A DNA stretch of 64,000 nucleotides from Felis catus (lineage: Eukaryota): NCBI RefSeq assembly GCF_018350175.1, contig NC_058368.1:230022001-230086000 (forward strand), written 5' to 3'. Below, piece by piece: positions 25,892 to 39,448 of this stretch (position 1 is its first letter; each line of letters starts with the position of its first letter). A program made the translations under genes and the position numbers. The notes below the pieces were generated by a model. That model saw only the letters and a list, made by a program, of their open reading frames with translations, was not told the origin of the DNA and did no database searches.

Positions 25892-28447
25892 AAATAAAAT
25901 TGCTTTTCTAGAAGGAGGAATAAGTACCAGATATTGAGTGTTTCCAAATAATAGTAGAGAGCAACTATGTGAGGGCGGAGATATGTCTATCTACTTAACT
26001 GCCTTTCAGAATAGTGCTCAGAACAAAATAGCCATTTAGTAACCATTCATTGAATGAATGAAGAATGCATGAATGCTAAAAAAAAAAAAAAAAAAGGACT
26101 GCTCAAAGTACTAATTTGTTGGACTATGTAATAGACTTCTCTGCAGTATTTGCCTTTCATAAAGTCAGCCTCTGTCTATTTACATTGCCTTTTACTTTTA
26201 GGGAAACCCATCTTCCTAGGTTTTACATTTTACATGAGTGTAACATGATAATCCAGACAAATGTGGGACCTCTGTGATTAGCCATTTACTCTGGACTCCT
26301 TTGGGGCCTCCAGTCTGTTTTACTTTTGCTCCCGGTATGTGGCACGATAATCTTGGTTTCTCAGGACCACACTGAGTTTTTTAGGAGTCCCAGTGCTGCA
26401 CATGAAATCCTGACAGTAACACCAACAAGGGATAGTAAAATTGAAACCTGTCAGTTACTATAACTATAATATCTAATGTAGACTGTGTTTGTTCCCCGGT
26501 GTGGTTCTTGTTAAATGCATATACTTAGACTGTGTTTTGGAAACTAGAATTGACAACTTTCGTCTTGCAAAAGTAGGCAGCCACCTTCTTAATATACTAA
26601 ATGCAGGTGAAAGTTCGTTCAATGGGTTTATGAAACTATGGCACTTATACTTCTTTGCTCATGGTTAGTTCGTGTTATGTTTTGGAGGTAAAGGCGTACA
26701 GGGTCAATAGTTTATTTGGTAGTTATTAAGATGCCTCTTGTGAAGTACCCTCTTCCAGATGCTTCTTTACTCTGTTATAGGTTCAAGAATAACCCAGGAA
26801 GGCATCTTTCCTTTTAACAAATGGGTAATTTATATTGCATTTACCAAAATATTTTAATAAGTCACCTCACTGTGTCCTAAGGTACTGGATTTACCCCCTC
26901 ATTGATTGTAGGCTGCCACTGGCACAGGATAATTCTAGAACTATTGCTTCATTCTAGTATTATACATTAATGTTATTAGCTTGAAAAAGGAAAAGCCGCA
27001 TGCTAAATTGTTGATTTTGTTGTTGCTGTTGTTGTCGTCGTTAGTATTTAAGGAGAATGTGAAACTGTCTCTTGGCTTCTGTCTTTTTCAAACCTGAATG
27101 TTGTAAGATTATTCTGTAAGTGCCCGCACTGGCGCAGTGTGTCAGTCTTCCATCTGGACAGACACTGGGTGAGATGCTCTGGACTCCATGGCCAAAGGGC
27201 AATGCCCTGGCTTCTTGCTGCGACTGCCAAGGAGGTGTTTGAATAGTGCTATCGAATGTCATCATGTTTATTATGCATTCTGACACATGTCCATGGGGAA
27301 CTTGCCTGAAAAGAAATACTCATTTGCGTTGCTTTGGATTCTCAAATCTTCCTGGATGACAAAAATCATGGAGAGATTCCTAGTGCCAACGATGAAAAAA
27401 ATATCTCTAATATATCTCTACCTATAATTTCCTAATTGTGATAATATTAATATAGAAGTGGCAATGCTTAGGTATTGTTATGAACCACTTGCATTGTTAA
27501 AATTAAATTATGATGGCGTATTTTACAAAAATAGATTTTTAAAAAGAGAAATTATATCATTAATTTCCAGAGGAAGAGAAATTGAATCTCATGGTGCTTT
27601 GCATGCCTTTATTATTAAGGGAACTTAATTATCATACCCTTGGAGGAAATCCCTTGCCTGCCAAAGCCTTGGGAACAAAAGAGGGGATGGAAGGGGTCAC
27701 TTGTTGCCACTTGGCTCAAAACCTTCCAGAGAGTTGGGGGTTGGGGAGAAGGGAGTTGAAGGGGTTCAGGTGAATGTTTTGAAACATAGCACTAAGTACT
27801 TCCTTTAATGAACACTACCAAAGTGTATTTTAATAAGTGCCTGAGCACTTTTTTGTAATTAGCTTGGTAACTTAACTTCCCAAATAAGAACTTTGATAAA
27901 AATTGGCTTTCTGTTATTAAATTCACAATATCGTTCTGGTTTTAGATACTACTGTCTAATTGAAAGATTGTTAAGATCAAAAGTGATAATTTATGTAAAA
28001 TCATTTTGTAAACTATAAGGCAGTAGATGTTTATGTGGTTATCATTATGGTATATTTTCTCATTTAGGAAAGTATGAGTTATTAAAATCTTAATGAGTCG
28101 TGAGACGTGAACAAACAAATGTTAACAATTAAATCTAATAAAGTGATTTAAATAAATTTACAATGACTAAGGTTTTTCAGACAGACCGAATTAGAATTTG
28201 GAGATCTAAATTTTATTTTTTAAGGAGCTGAATTAAATCCGTTCCAATTCTGTATGGCTTATTATGATGCCTCGTCCTGTCGGGGAAATTTTCTGCAGAA
28301 GAAAATAAAATTCATATATAGCAATATGCCCTTTTCCATAGTACTGTAAGAAAGACACTGTGGAAAAAGTTGAATAGAATCTGATAATGCCAATTAGGTC
28401 ACAAACAGCAAAAAAATGGTGAAAATTATGGTATGGTAAAAAGTAAT

Positions 28448-28670
28448 GGGTGTGCCTGGGTGGCTCAGTCAGTTAAGCCTCCAACTCTTGGTTTCGGCTC
28501 AGGTCACGATCTCATGGTTTTGCGAGTTTGAGCCCCACGTCAGGCTCTGTGCTGACAGTGCTGAGCCTACTTGGGATTCTCTCTCTCTCTCTCCCTCTCT
28601 GCCCTTCCTGTGCTCTCTCTCTCTCTCTCTCTCTCTCTCAAAATAGATAAGTAAACATTAAAAGAAAAGA
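28448..28670 (+). mobile_element. CAN-SINE
   Basis: Head 'gcctgggtggctcagtcagttaag', (CT)n, A-tail. Confidence 0.93.
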
Positions 28671-29397
28671 AGCACATTATTTGTGATTCTAGCGTCTCCT
28701 GTACTTCTCAGATAATGTGTTGTCTCACAGTATGTGCATGTGAAAGTATGTACTCATGTTCTTGTTCATACATACATCGATACAGATACATATTCACATG
28801 TGCCTCTGTCAGTCTTTGTTTCAGAGAGGAGATATTCTATAATACTTCTGCATAGTGTATTACTCTAGAGAAATGTCCTTGCCAAGCACTTTATGCAAGT
28901 CGAATGGTAGTATTTTTTAGATTCAGAACTCTTAATGTTCTTTTCATTTACTTCAGCTATTTATCTGCGAGCTTTCAATCCCACCAGGAGACAGGCGTTC
29001 ATGGATGCCTTCACAGTGTTGTTCCTGTTGCATTTTTATCACCAATACTCTCATTACCTTCGACTTCTGTGCTATTACTGCTGAGTTAATTGCTGACATT
29101 TCCTTCCAGATCAAACCTTTCATTACCAACATCATTGTCTGGAAATGTTCTGCCCAATAATTTTTAAACACAGTTTCCTGTGCCAGTATTCATTTTAAAA
29201 GATATGCCCGTGTATTGGTTCAACTGATGCATATTTTGTTTCAAGTTGGGAAAATAAAATAGTGTATTTAATACATCTGTAGAAGATATTCAGTACTTTT
29301 ATACATCGGCAGATTTTTTTTATATATAGTTTCAGGGTTTCTCAAACATTGCTTAGAATTTAGGTGACAGCAAATGTTTTTTACATGCTGATTAAAA

Positions 29398-29444
29398 ACA
29401 CACACATACACATACACACACAACAACAACAACAACAACAACAA
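29398..29444. repeat. (CA)n/(CAA)n microsatellite
   Basis: Read directly. Confidence 0.9.
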
Positions 29445-31039
29445 CGTGCCCACATACTGATATTTTAATGTAGGTAGTAATCCTCTAAGTCGATAAGTAC
29501 TTCAGTGATTACTTTGGACATCCAGCAATTCCAGATGAGGAAAACGTAGATGGTAGATAGAGAATTGGAGTTGGAGTAACATATTTCAATGACAGGTCAT
29601 TTTCTCCAGATTTGTATTCACATCTGTGCTTCAGAATTGGATAACCAACATTTATGGTCCCAGGTTTTGAGATTTCCGGAAAGTGGGTACATTGATGCAT
29701 TTTTGAGCGACCTTGAAACTTTGGAGTTCCTTAGCATGCACTTGAGGTATCAGTTTGATGGCAAAAGAATGTCATCAGAATATCAGGAGACACTTGTACC
29801 TTTGAGATCCCCAGGTGTACAGTGAGTCTCAATTAGTTGGATAGCCATGTCTGGGTGCCATTTGTCAACACGAAAATAATAAACCCTTTGCCCTAAGAAC
29901 CCTAGTGGAAAGGCTAAACAATATTTCATTTGTCCCTTTTCCATTGCCCGGATTCATCACTGAATTGTACTCTCAGTCATAAATCTCACCTTTGATACAC
30001 ATTGACCTCATAGATAAGTAGAACTTACAGTCATTTTGGATTTTAGGAACTAGTGGAAATAAAACAAAAAACCAGAAAAAAAATCCTTTTGACAGCCATA
30101 CGTATGACCTTTTGGGGAAAAAGGTTTATTTGGTAAAAACTACTGCTTCCAAGTTCAAGATTTCATATGCAGGGGAGAATGAAAAATCGAAAAGTTAGTA
30201 CACTTAAAACCTGTTGATTCCTACAAAAAAGTTCTAGAAGACACAAACTTCCCAAAAGATGAATTAGAAATAAAATGCCTCTTTGAGATAAAATTTTCTC
30301 TGATAGTTAACTTTTCTTTTTTAAAACTATTTCTTTCAGTTTTCTAGGAAATGGCACTGTGTCCTCATGATCTACCAAATCAGCTTGCCCCATACATTTT
30401 GTGGCTACAGGCACTATACTTACTTTGGATGTTTATGAGCCAGTCCTTAATGATTATTAACTTGCAGTTACTGGTAAAATGTTTTGGTTATGTCTTGTAC
30501 TTTTCGTAAATTATCATGGTGACTTAAAATATGTTTCTTCACCTCTTGGTCTTCAATTCATGTGTTAAAAGGCTGTAGGTAAAAGATAATTCCTCTCTCT
30601 CCTCAACTGGTAAACCTGCCTATCGGAGTCCTATTAAAGGGAGAAGTGATTGTGTTTCCTGTTATTTAAGGAACTACAACTAAATCCTTCAAATGTTAGC
30701 AAATAAAGAACTTTTAAATGTCTATATACAATATCGACCTTAATGACCTTTACAATGATAGACAAAACCATAGTTGACAAAGGATTACTTAGTAGGTGGA
30801 CTAGACTGGGGACAGTTCTGGGATGCTGGCTCCCTTAGGAACCTGGCTGATTGGGGGGGACTGGGATTTCTCATTAGAACTTCCTTCCTTCGTGGGGAGT
30901 AAGGTGTGGATAATCTGATCCTTCATTGCTCTACAAACCCCTTAAGAACATGATGGCACTGTGGCTTTTAAGCATGACTCCAGAAGACAAACTTAAAACC
31001 TTGTAAATGATTATAGGGATCTCCAGTGGGTAAGAACAT

Positions 31040-31165
31040 GAGTTCTGAAGTTAAACTGCTCCCGTGGAAATACAGGTTCTATTACGTAAAATCTCTGTGA
31101 TTTGGGGCACATTACTTAATCTCTCTGAATCTTTTTCCTCATCTTTAAAATGAGGTAGTAACTTG
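31040..31165 (+). mobile_element. MIR
   Basis: 'ttacttaatctctctgaatc...tttcctcatctttaaaatgagg'. Confidence 0.75.
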
Positions 31166-31831
31166 CTCCATTCGACTGGATGCAGAAACCATGTACCGTT
31201 CCACTCCTACTTAAGCTGCTTTTTTGTAAACAAAAAAGCAAGCTATTCCTTACCACGTGAGGATATGGACAAAGGCAGTTTCAGGGGTGTGGGAAGTGAG
31301 TTCTTGTTATCCTGTGGTGAGTTCCTTACCCAGTAAAATGCCAGCTCTTCTTATTCTCATTGTTATTTGTTTAATATTCCACAGCCCAGAGTGCTCGCTT
31401 GCAAATTAAGGGAAACATTCTTAGAGGCCAAATTTTGATCCTAGGGCAAGAACGAGAGAACATAGCATAAACCTACGGAGGTAAATGAGCCTCAGTTTTT
31501 CATCCAGTCCATCTGATGACCTGAGAGGCTTTGAAAATGCCAAGCAATCACTTCATTCCAGATGGGCCGTACTTATAAAGGAGCAACCTCAGGATTTAGG
31601 AGCTTTAGCGAACTGTAAACAAAGCTTATAGACATCCTAACAAACGCTTATTTCAAAAATGTGGTATCAATTCTAGAACCAGCTGCAGTTGTATCATTCG
31701 GTCAGGGCCTCCATTTATTAGATACCAGTGTTTGGGCAATGTTCAGAAATAGAGACATTCAAAACACATTGTAGAAAAGTCTTCAAAATTCTCAAAAGAG
31801 AGTGTATTATTTCAATAGATGATACGGTACT

Positions 31832-32244
31832 TGATGTGGGAAACAAAGGCAGGAGGAAGTAGAGATAAAATTAAATTTGCTTATAACCTGCAGCCAAAAA
31901 TACTTGAGGGTGGGAGAGTAGAACATTTCTCCAGGAGCTCAGCACAATCTTAATGTTCATGTTTTGCTAGAGGGAAAAACAACCTTAGCTTGACCATAGC
32001 TAGGCCTCCACTATCCCAGAAGTCTTTTTAAGCATATGATATTGCTTTTGGAAACTTCCCCTTGCCTTTACCTCCCCCAACTCCCAACTGTATAATCAGT
32101 CACTGTTCCCAATCCAGGGGCAGCTCTTTCTGCCCAGGGGTCCTGGCCCCATGCTTCAGTAAAATCACCTTTCTGCTCCAAAGACATCCCAAGAATTCTT
32201 TCTTGGCCTTCGGCTCCGGACCCCACCGCCTCCAAACCCCATCA
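31832..32244 (+). mobile_element. Solo ERV LTR (probably carnivore-specific)
   Basis: TGATG...CATCA inverted termini, TATA-like 'tataat' at ~32091, poly-A-like 'agtaaa' at ~32158, degenerate flanks gtact / gcacc. Confidence 0.75.
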
Positions 32245-32499
32245 GCACCGATCCTATTGTGATTCACATCTGTTTAATATACACATCTGTTTAGTAATAT
32301 CTGTTACCATATCTGCAGGCAAAGTCCTTTCAGGAAAGATCAGTTTGGACTTGGCTTTGGCCAGCTTCCTACACTACTCCATCCACATCCAGCCCCACCA
32401 CAGGACAAAGAACAAGTTTAGAGATTGTTCTTAGGCAGTCATGATGAAATGGAACATAAAGCATACTACAATTCATGAAAGGTTGCTGACCAAATACTT

Positions 32500-32711
32500 T
32501 TTAAATTTTTTTTGTGTGTTTATTTTTGAGAGAGAAAGAGCACGAGAGGGGGGAGGAGCAGAGAGAGAGAGAGGGAGACACAGAATCCGAAGCAGCCTCC
32601 AGGCTCTGAGTATCAGCACAGAGCCCAACACGGGGCTCAAACCTACCAACCGTGACATCATGACCTGAGCCGAAGTCAGATGCTCAACCGACTGAGCCAC
32701 CCAGGCGCCTC
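32500..32711 (-). mobile_element. CAN-SINE, tandem with the adjacent short SINE
   Basis: Full body ending 'ccaggcgcctc'. Confidence 0.95.
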
Positions 32712-32808
32712 TATTCTTAAGTAATCTTCACACCCAGTGTGGGGCTCAAACCTACAACCCTGAGATCAAGAGTCACGTGCTTTACCAGCTGAGCCACCCA
32801 GGTGCCCC
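32712..32808 (-). mobile_element. Short CAN-SINE variant lacking the (CT)n region
   Basis: 'aagtaatcttcacacccagtgtggggctc...gagatcaagagtcac...ggtgcccc'. Confidence 0.88.
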
Positions 32809-33656
32809 TAACCAAATATTTAAATGCTGCTCTCGGTTTAAAAAATGCTTACAAGCAAGCAAAAGTACAAAGAGGGCACTAGCATCCGAGAATTACAGGG
32901 ATGCTCATCATCTTGAGCCTTTGGTCCTTGTTTAATCCCCATCACCATGAGAGTGCACCGCTGGCCTTTGTATCTTAGCTTTCCAAGATACAAGTTAAAT
33001 CTTAAGTTAGAGGACGGAATGTTCCAGGCTAAATGTAAGAAAGTGTGCCAATACCCAGGGAGAATATATCCTATGGAGGAAATTATACCAGAATATTTAT
33101 GTAATTCTGATGTGATATATTGAAATGTATAGTTTCAAGTATTTACTTGTTTGTTTTAAACGTGCCCCTCCAATTTCTTTGAAACTTAGTATTTTTTTTT
33201 TTGTAAAGAATTATTTTTAAAGTAGTCTCTTTGGGTAATGTTGTAGCCAAACACATTGTGGGAAGAACTTAAAATGCTTAGTCATGCGCGTTTTCTTGTT
33301 GGTATTCCTTAGGCACCTCAGCCTAGGGCAATGACGTAATACCCAAGTCGGCCCAAGAAACAGGGGCCACTCTGTTTTGACAGAGTATTATTCATGATCA
33401 CCACTTTACATAAATGTTAAAGAATATCAGATAAAGACGGAAGCTAATTATGCAAAAAATTGAAACAAATGCTACTCTTAATACTGGGAGATGAAGATAG
33501 GATACTCTTAGTAGTCAGATAAATTGAATTATTTGTTAGAAGGTAATGTTTGAAATATGTGCTTGAGATATGGTAAAGGATGAAATATGGTAGACATTGT
33601 CCATTCAACCATAAAGAAATTCTCCTTTGTCATTTAAAATGTTGCATTCTGCAGAG

Positions 33657-33658
<2 letters not shown>

Positions 33659-33702
<44 letters not shown>
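33659..33702. repeat. (GT)22 microsatellite
   Basis: Read directly. Confidence 0.98.
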
Positions 33703-33703
<1 letters not shown>

Positions 33704-35232
33704 AGAGAAAGAGACAGGCTGCTTTAAAAATAGGAACTCTGCATTTAAAAACGAGAATTCTGTGTTATTATTAATATTACTTGGAAAATGCATATATTCA
33801 TGATAAAACTGGTACACTGTGGCATTTTAGAAGTATTCCATAGAACAGATGTGTTTCTACCTCTTATTAATTAATGCATTAAAAAAATCATGTTCTAAAT
33901 TCACTCTCTTGGAGTCATTGCAGTCATGCATTCGGTAACTGGGGATTCCTGACTTCCAGCCTTGTTTATGCCCAAAACATTAATTCATATGAACTTCATG
34001 GATTGATAATTGACAGCATTAGGAATGCCAAGGGGTTTGCTGAACCTTTATCGGATGGTCAACTGCACATCCTATTTGAGAAACCAAGAGTGCTTTGAAT
34101 ACAGTGAAATTAATTTCATGCCAGGGTAGAGCGCTGTCCCTGCAATCCTCTGGTCTTAATCTCTCATTCCATGAGCTTTAACTTAAAGCGGACAGTGAAG
34201 GAAGGCATGTGATTTGCCCAGTATAAAAGGTCCCAAATAAGAGGTTTATATCCCGGTAGGGCAAATAATCACCAAAATGTATTTTATTAATGGGATTTAG
34301 TATATGTAGCCTACATTTCTAGTTACAGAGTTCAGGTTTACGCTGATTGGCGTTCAAGAGCTAGTGTGTGATCTCATGCATTTCCAGCCTCTTAGTGCTG
34401 AGTGTCCTATTTCTGAGTGTGCCTGACACCAGGTAGTGACATTTGAGCAGCAGCAGGCAGCACGGGGTTCAGTTTTATCCAAGTAGCTGTCACTACCAGG
34501 GCCCTAGGCAAAAGTCCAGCATTGTTTGTGTCACTGGCTTCCTCTTTTCTCTTCTTCTTTCCCCCAACGCTAACATGTCCTGCGATCCATCCTGGCCATG
34601 GGCAGCAGAGATAACCACAGACTACAAATGAAAAGCTGAGCTGGCCCCAAAAATATTACTCCTTGCAACTATTTAATTGCAAAAGAATCTTTGTGCTAAA
34701 GTTTCACCATACCCTTTGAAAGGCAGACTCAGTAATTTGGCTGTCATTCATTTGTAATTTTATACCTTAGAGTCCGGAGGGATAGTAAATAGAATTACAG
34801 AGTTTTATCCTGGAATGCTGGTTCTGAGGGGGAAAAAAAAAAAAAGCCAAAATTTCAGGAAAGAACCAAGTTAAAAAAAAAACTCATTTAAAGATTTTTC
34901 TACTAAAAGTATACAACTATTCATATTACACTTACTTGGAAATCACTACGAAGTCTTCACTTGGTTGTAATGTTAAAGCTTTCCTGTATTAATTAGTGCT
35001 GCTTATTCTTTTATCGTGCTGTCAGAGTTAGTGGGTAAAAGTGGCCAGAACATTAAAATGCAGTTTCTTTCTTTTGTCAGATCACTTGTCCAGTAGAACA
35101 CAACATAGTGAATTATTTTTAAATTGATGATACCACACCAATAGTGATCCCTTCATTCCTTAGTTCTACTTCTAAGACTTAAAAGCCTTTTATTTTCATT
35201 TAAAATAACTTGGTAAGCTGAATTTAAAATGG

Positions 35233-35273
<41 letters not shown>

Positions 35274-35354
35274 AATCAGGAACATTCGTAGGCTACATAA
35301 TGTACATGTTTTCATTCATGCCTGATATCTAGGATTGGAAATCATTTAGGACTT

Positions 35355-37350
35355 TATTTTTTTAAGAATAGTATACATACAGAAAAGTGGATACACCATG
35401 AAATACAGCTTGGTCAAGATCATGTGTATAAGACTCAGCCATACACTGAGTTTGGTTATCGGTTTATTTATTTATTTATTTTGCTGAAAAGAATTTCATT
35501 GTGCACAGATGTCATACTACATTTCTTCTTGTTCCTGGGCGTGTCGGTAGTGTCCAGGTGGGGCTGATAGGAATATTGCTGGGAGGAGCACCCTGATAGA
35601 TGTTTCTGGTGTACTTGTGTGCACCTTTCTGTGGAGTGTATGCCTGGAAGTAGAATTTCAGAGACCTAGAGGGATGTCCTGAAGGGCTGTAGAAGAGATG
35701 GAAAAACACCAAATTACTCTTAGCATTTTACAATTCCACTCAGTCTGTGAAAGTTCTGCTAACACCCAGTAGTTTTCAGTATTTGATATTTTGTCTTTTT
35801 TTTATTATTATTATTTTAACCATTCTCATGGTTATTCTCATGAGTATGTACTGGCATCCCTTGGAAGTCATAAATTTACGTGGCACTAATGAGTAATAAA
35901 ATTGATCATCTCCTTTCTGTACTGCCTCTGTGGACAGCCCCTTTCGTGAAGTGCTTGTTTAGGTATTTTGACCTTTTTTTTGTATTGGGTCACTTATCTT
36001 TGTGTATTAGACTGCATTTGGAGAGTTTTGTTGATGATATAGATATACTTACATACACAGACACACATAAAGAATGAGAATATCTTTTTCCACTAGATGC
36101 CCTGTCACTTTCTCAGTGGTGTCTTGATAAACAGGATTTCCCGATTTCAAAATGGCCCAATTTATAACTCTGTAATTCCTTCTATGGTTAGCACTTTTTG
36201 CATCCTACTTAAGAGAGCCATGGTTCCTGTAAGATCCTGTTTGTGTCCTATATTTTACTCTCAAAGCTTTATTGTTTAATCCTTCACATCTAGCCTGAGG
36301 CTCCGTGGGAACCGATTTTTGTGTAGTTTTTTAGATGGAGTCGTCGTGCATTTTTTCACCATGTAGATACCCAGGTGAAAGCACCATCTCACCAGTATGT
36401 GGCAAGGGCATGATTCTCATAAATTACATATAAGCCTGGTTTGGTGTCATAATTCTCTCTTGATCCACTGTTCTGTCTTTGTCTCTTCTTATATGGATGC
36501 CATATGGTCTTAATTTCTGCCCCTTTGTAAAGTGCCCTCTTATCTGTAGGTTCAGTGTATTGATCTGTTTCTTTCCTTCAAGACCCCTTGTATGTCTTGA
36601 CCGTTTGCATTTTCATGTAAATTTTAGAATCCACTATCCATTGTCTCAGCCTCTCCCACCCCTGGAGGAAAAAAAAAAAAAAGCATGCTGAGGTTTGAAT
36701 TGGAATACTGTTAAACCTGTCAATTAATCCAAAGAGATTGAAATCTTTACAATATTAAATCAGCCAAGCATAAGCGTGATATTTCCCTGTAAAACCATTA
36801 TTTGGGTCTGCTTTAATTTCAGGAGTGACGTGGAAGTGGTTAGTGAGGAGGCCTTATATCACCTTCACAGATTTATCCCCAGGTCTTGGATGTTTTCCTA
36901 TGTTTTTTGTAAATGTTACTATTGTTGTAATTTCTTTATTGACAATATACAGGAAGAAAATGGATGTTTTTGTACATTGGCTTTGTGTTTTCACTTTATC
37001 CCAGAAGACCTCCAGTACAATTTGTTTTTAAGTTTATTTTTTTATTTTGAGAGGAAGAATGTGTGTGCATGCGTGGGGGAGGGGCAGAGAGAGATGGAGA
37101 GAGAGAATCCCAAGCAGGCCCTGGATGATCTGGGCAGAGCCACACCCAGGACCACTCATACAATGTTAAGTAGAAGTAATGATAGTGAATACCATATCGT
37201 TCATCTCTTAAGGACGAGTTTGCAATATTTAAATCTGTAATTTTTAGGCAGTTTTTTTTTCATTATCAAATTGAAGGGATTCCTCCATATGCCTAGTTTG
37301 CAAAGATTGCTTTTTAAATTGTGAATTACTGTGTGATTTTGTGAAAAACA
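35355..37350 (-). mobile_element. Old L1M LINE fragment
   Basis: 'tttcgtgaagtgcttgtttagg', 'tttgaattggaatactgttaaacctgt', 'aaattgaagggattcctccatatgcctagtttgc'. Confidence 0.75.
37025..37120 (-). mobile_element. CAN-SINE 3' fragment
   Basis: 'ggggaggggcagagagag...agaatcccaagcagg'. Confidence 0.8.
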
Positions 37351-37602
37351 CACATTTATGCCTTTCTAGGATTTAGGTTAAGTTATTAATTATGGATATT
37401 CCACAATGTTTAGTTTATTCTATTTCTTTTCTGGAAAAAGCAAAATCAACCAAAAATGCAATAAATTAGTAATACAGTTCCATTTATAGTAACACTCAGA
37501 AGAGAATTGGCCACAAACTCCTAAAAAGAAGGTACACAGAATGTAGATATCACTTTTAAGATACCATACATTGAACCAATCTTATTTTTAAAAAAGTAAA
37601 GA

Positions 37603-37728
37603 GGGGTGCCTGTGTGGCTCAATGTGTTGAGTATCCGACTCTTGATTTTGACCCAGGTCATAATCTCATGGTTTGTGGGATCAAGCCCTGTGCTGGGCTC
37701 CATGCTGACAGTGCGGGGCCAGCTTGAG

Positions 37729-37813
<85 letters not shown>

Positions 37814-37887
37814 CTCCCTCTCTCCCTTCCTCTCTCTGCCACTCCCCCACTCTCACTGTCTTTGTCTCTCTTAAAATAAATAAACAT
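37603..37887 (+). mobile_element. CAN-SINE with expanded (CT)n
   Basis: Head 'ggggtgcctgtgtggctc', about 80 bp of (CT)n. Confidence 0.93.
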
Positions 37888-37895
37888 GAAAGAAG

Positions 37896-37974
<79 letters not shown>

Positions 37975-37976
37975 AA
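37888..37976. repeat. (GAAA)n tetranucleotide STR grown from the SINE tail
   Basis: Read directly. Confidence 0.97.
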
Positions 37977-38229
37977 TGGCAAGAAAGAGAAAAAGGACTG
38001 AATTATGGAAGAGAGGGAGGGGAAAAGGGAAGGAAGGAAGAAGCAATGGCCATGATTCAGTGTCCTTCACTGGAACACTGAGCTCTGCAGACAAGAGGAG
38101 ACACAGAGAAACAGGAAGCCCTGTGGAGGACAAACTCCCATAAGAGAGAATATTGTTGAAATGGGGGATGTTACAAGAACTGCATGTTTAACTTGTTTTT
38201 TTTCTTCATTTATATTTAGCACCCCCCCC

Positions 38230-38790
38230 TTCTCCTCAATCTATGAAGCAAAAGCCAAGTCCAGGTGAAGTTGCTGGAATTATCAAGGAAATAATAAATT
38301 GAAGGGTTTAAATATAAGACAGTGGATTGACATTATCACACACACAAAAAAGATAAAGAAATCAGAAAGAGAAGAAAGTAACATAACAGTAATATACAAA
38401 ATGAAAAGAGAGTATAACTCCAGAAAAATTAAATTACCTACAAGTAATGTAAAAGAACATTAGCCATATTCTTTTTTATAGTCTAAAAGAGGTTAGAATC
38501 ATAAAAAAATATGTATGGAATCGAAGAAATGACAAGACTAAGAAGTCATGAAAGGAATAATAGAGTAGGCAGCGCTCATGGAAAAACAAGAAAATGTAAA
38601 GCCATTGTGTAAGTGAAACCACATTTAAATCATTAGGAGGCATAAATATTGCAGAAATAAAGAGGACTGCTATGAGGAAATAAAACAGAGAGGAAAAAAG
38701 GCAATAAAAGCAGCAAAAAAGGTGATAGATACGGAAGAGAGAAAACTGGGAACTAACATGTGGGTGGAAGTTGTTCTCTCCCAGGAGAAC
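38230..38790 (+). mobile_element. Possible very old L1 ORF1-region remnant
   Basis: A-rich; 'aaggtgatagatacggaagagaga...actaacat' resembles L1M ORF1 remnants. Confidence 0.4.
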
Positions 38791-39233
38791 TCTTTTCTTA
38801 AAAGAGAGTACTGTTAGCTTGCTCTTTAATTCTCTAGTTTTCAGTGTGAGGTTATCTGAATGATGTATTCACAAAATTTGTATAGCCGTCTAAGTAGGGC
38901 CATGAGTTGTGAAACTCAGGAGGCATCCTCATGGAAAATGAAGGTGAACTGTGCTTCTCGAGGCACCAGGAACACCCAGTTCTGGGAGATCTATGCACCC
39001 AGGAGATATAGATATTTGCCTATGTTGCAGGCCACAGAAAATCTTACCAAATATGCTCTGACAGAAAACACTAGCATCCATGAGTCAATCTTGCAAATTG
39101 TCTTAAAGACAACGTAGAGTCAATCAAGACTTAGATCAAGATGCATGGTTTAGGTCTTAGACATACACTATATTAAAGGAGAGTGTTGTGGGGTGGGTGG
39201 GGGATAAGAATGGCCCTTTACAAAGTAGGTACT

Positions 39234-39448
39234 GGGGCACCTGAGTGCCTCAATTGGTTAAGTGTCCAACTTCAGCTCAGGGCATGATCATGTGGTTCAT
39301 GAGTTCAAGCCCCTCATTGGGTTCTGTGCCAACAGCTCAGAGGCTGCTTGGTATTCTCTGTCTCTTCCTCTCTCTCTGCTAGTCGCCAACACATGCACGC
39401 ATTCTCTCTCTCCCGAAATAAATAAATAAACTAAAAAAAATAAAAATA
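39234..39448 (+). mobile_element. CAN-SINE
   Basis: TSD aaagtaggtact / aaagtaggttct. Confidence 0.93.

Noticed and set aside
34221..34230. TATAAAAG box
   Set aside because: Isolated motif with no other promoter evidence.
36776..37240. 154-aa ORF
   Set aside because: Runs through antisense L1M and a SINE fragment, with no recognisable domain.
37521..38143. Longest ORFs (131-153 aa) with ER/SL/KERK runs
   Set aside because: Translations of SINE (CT)n and (GAAA)n repeats.
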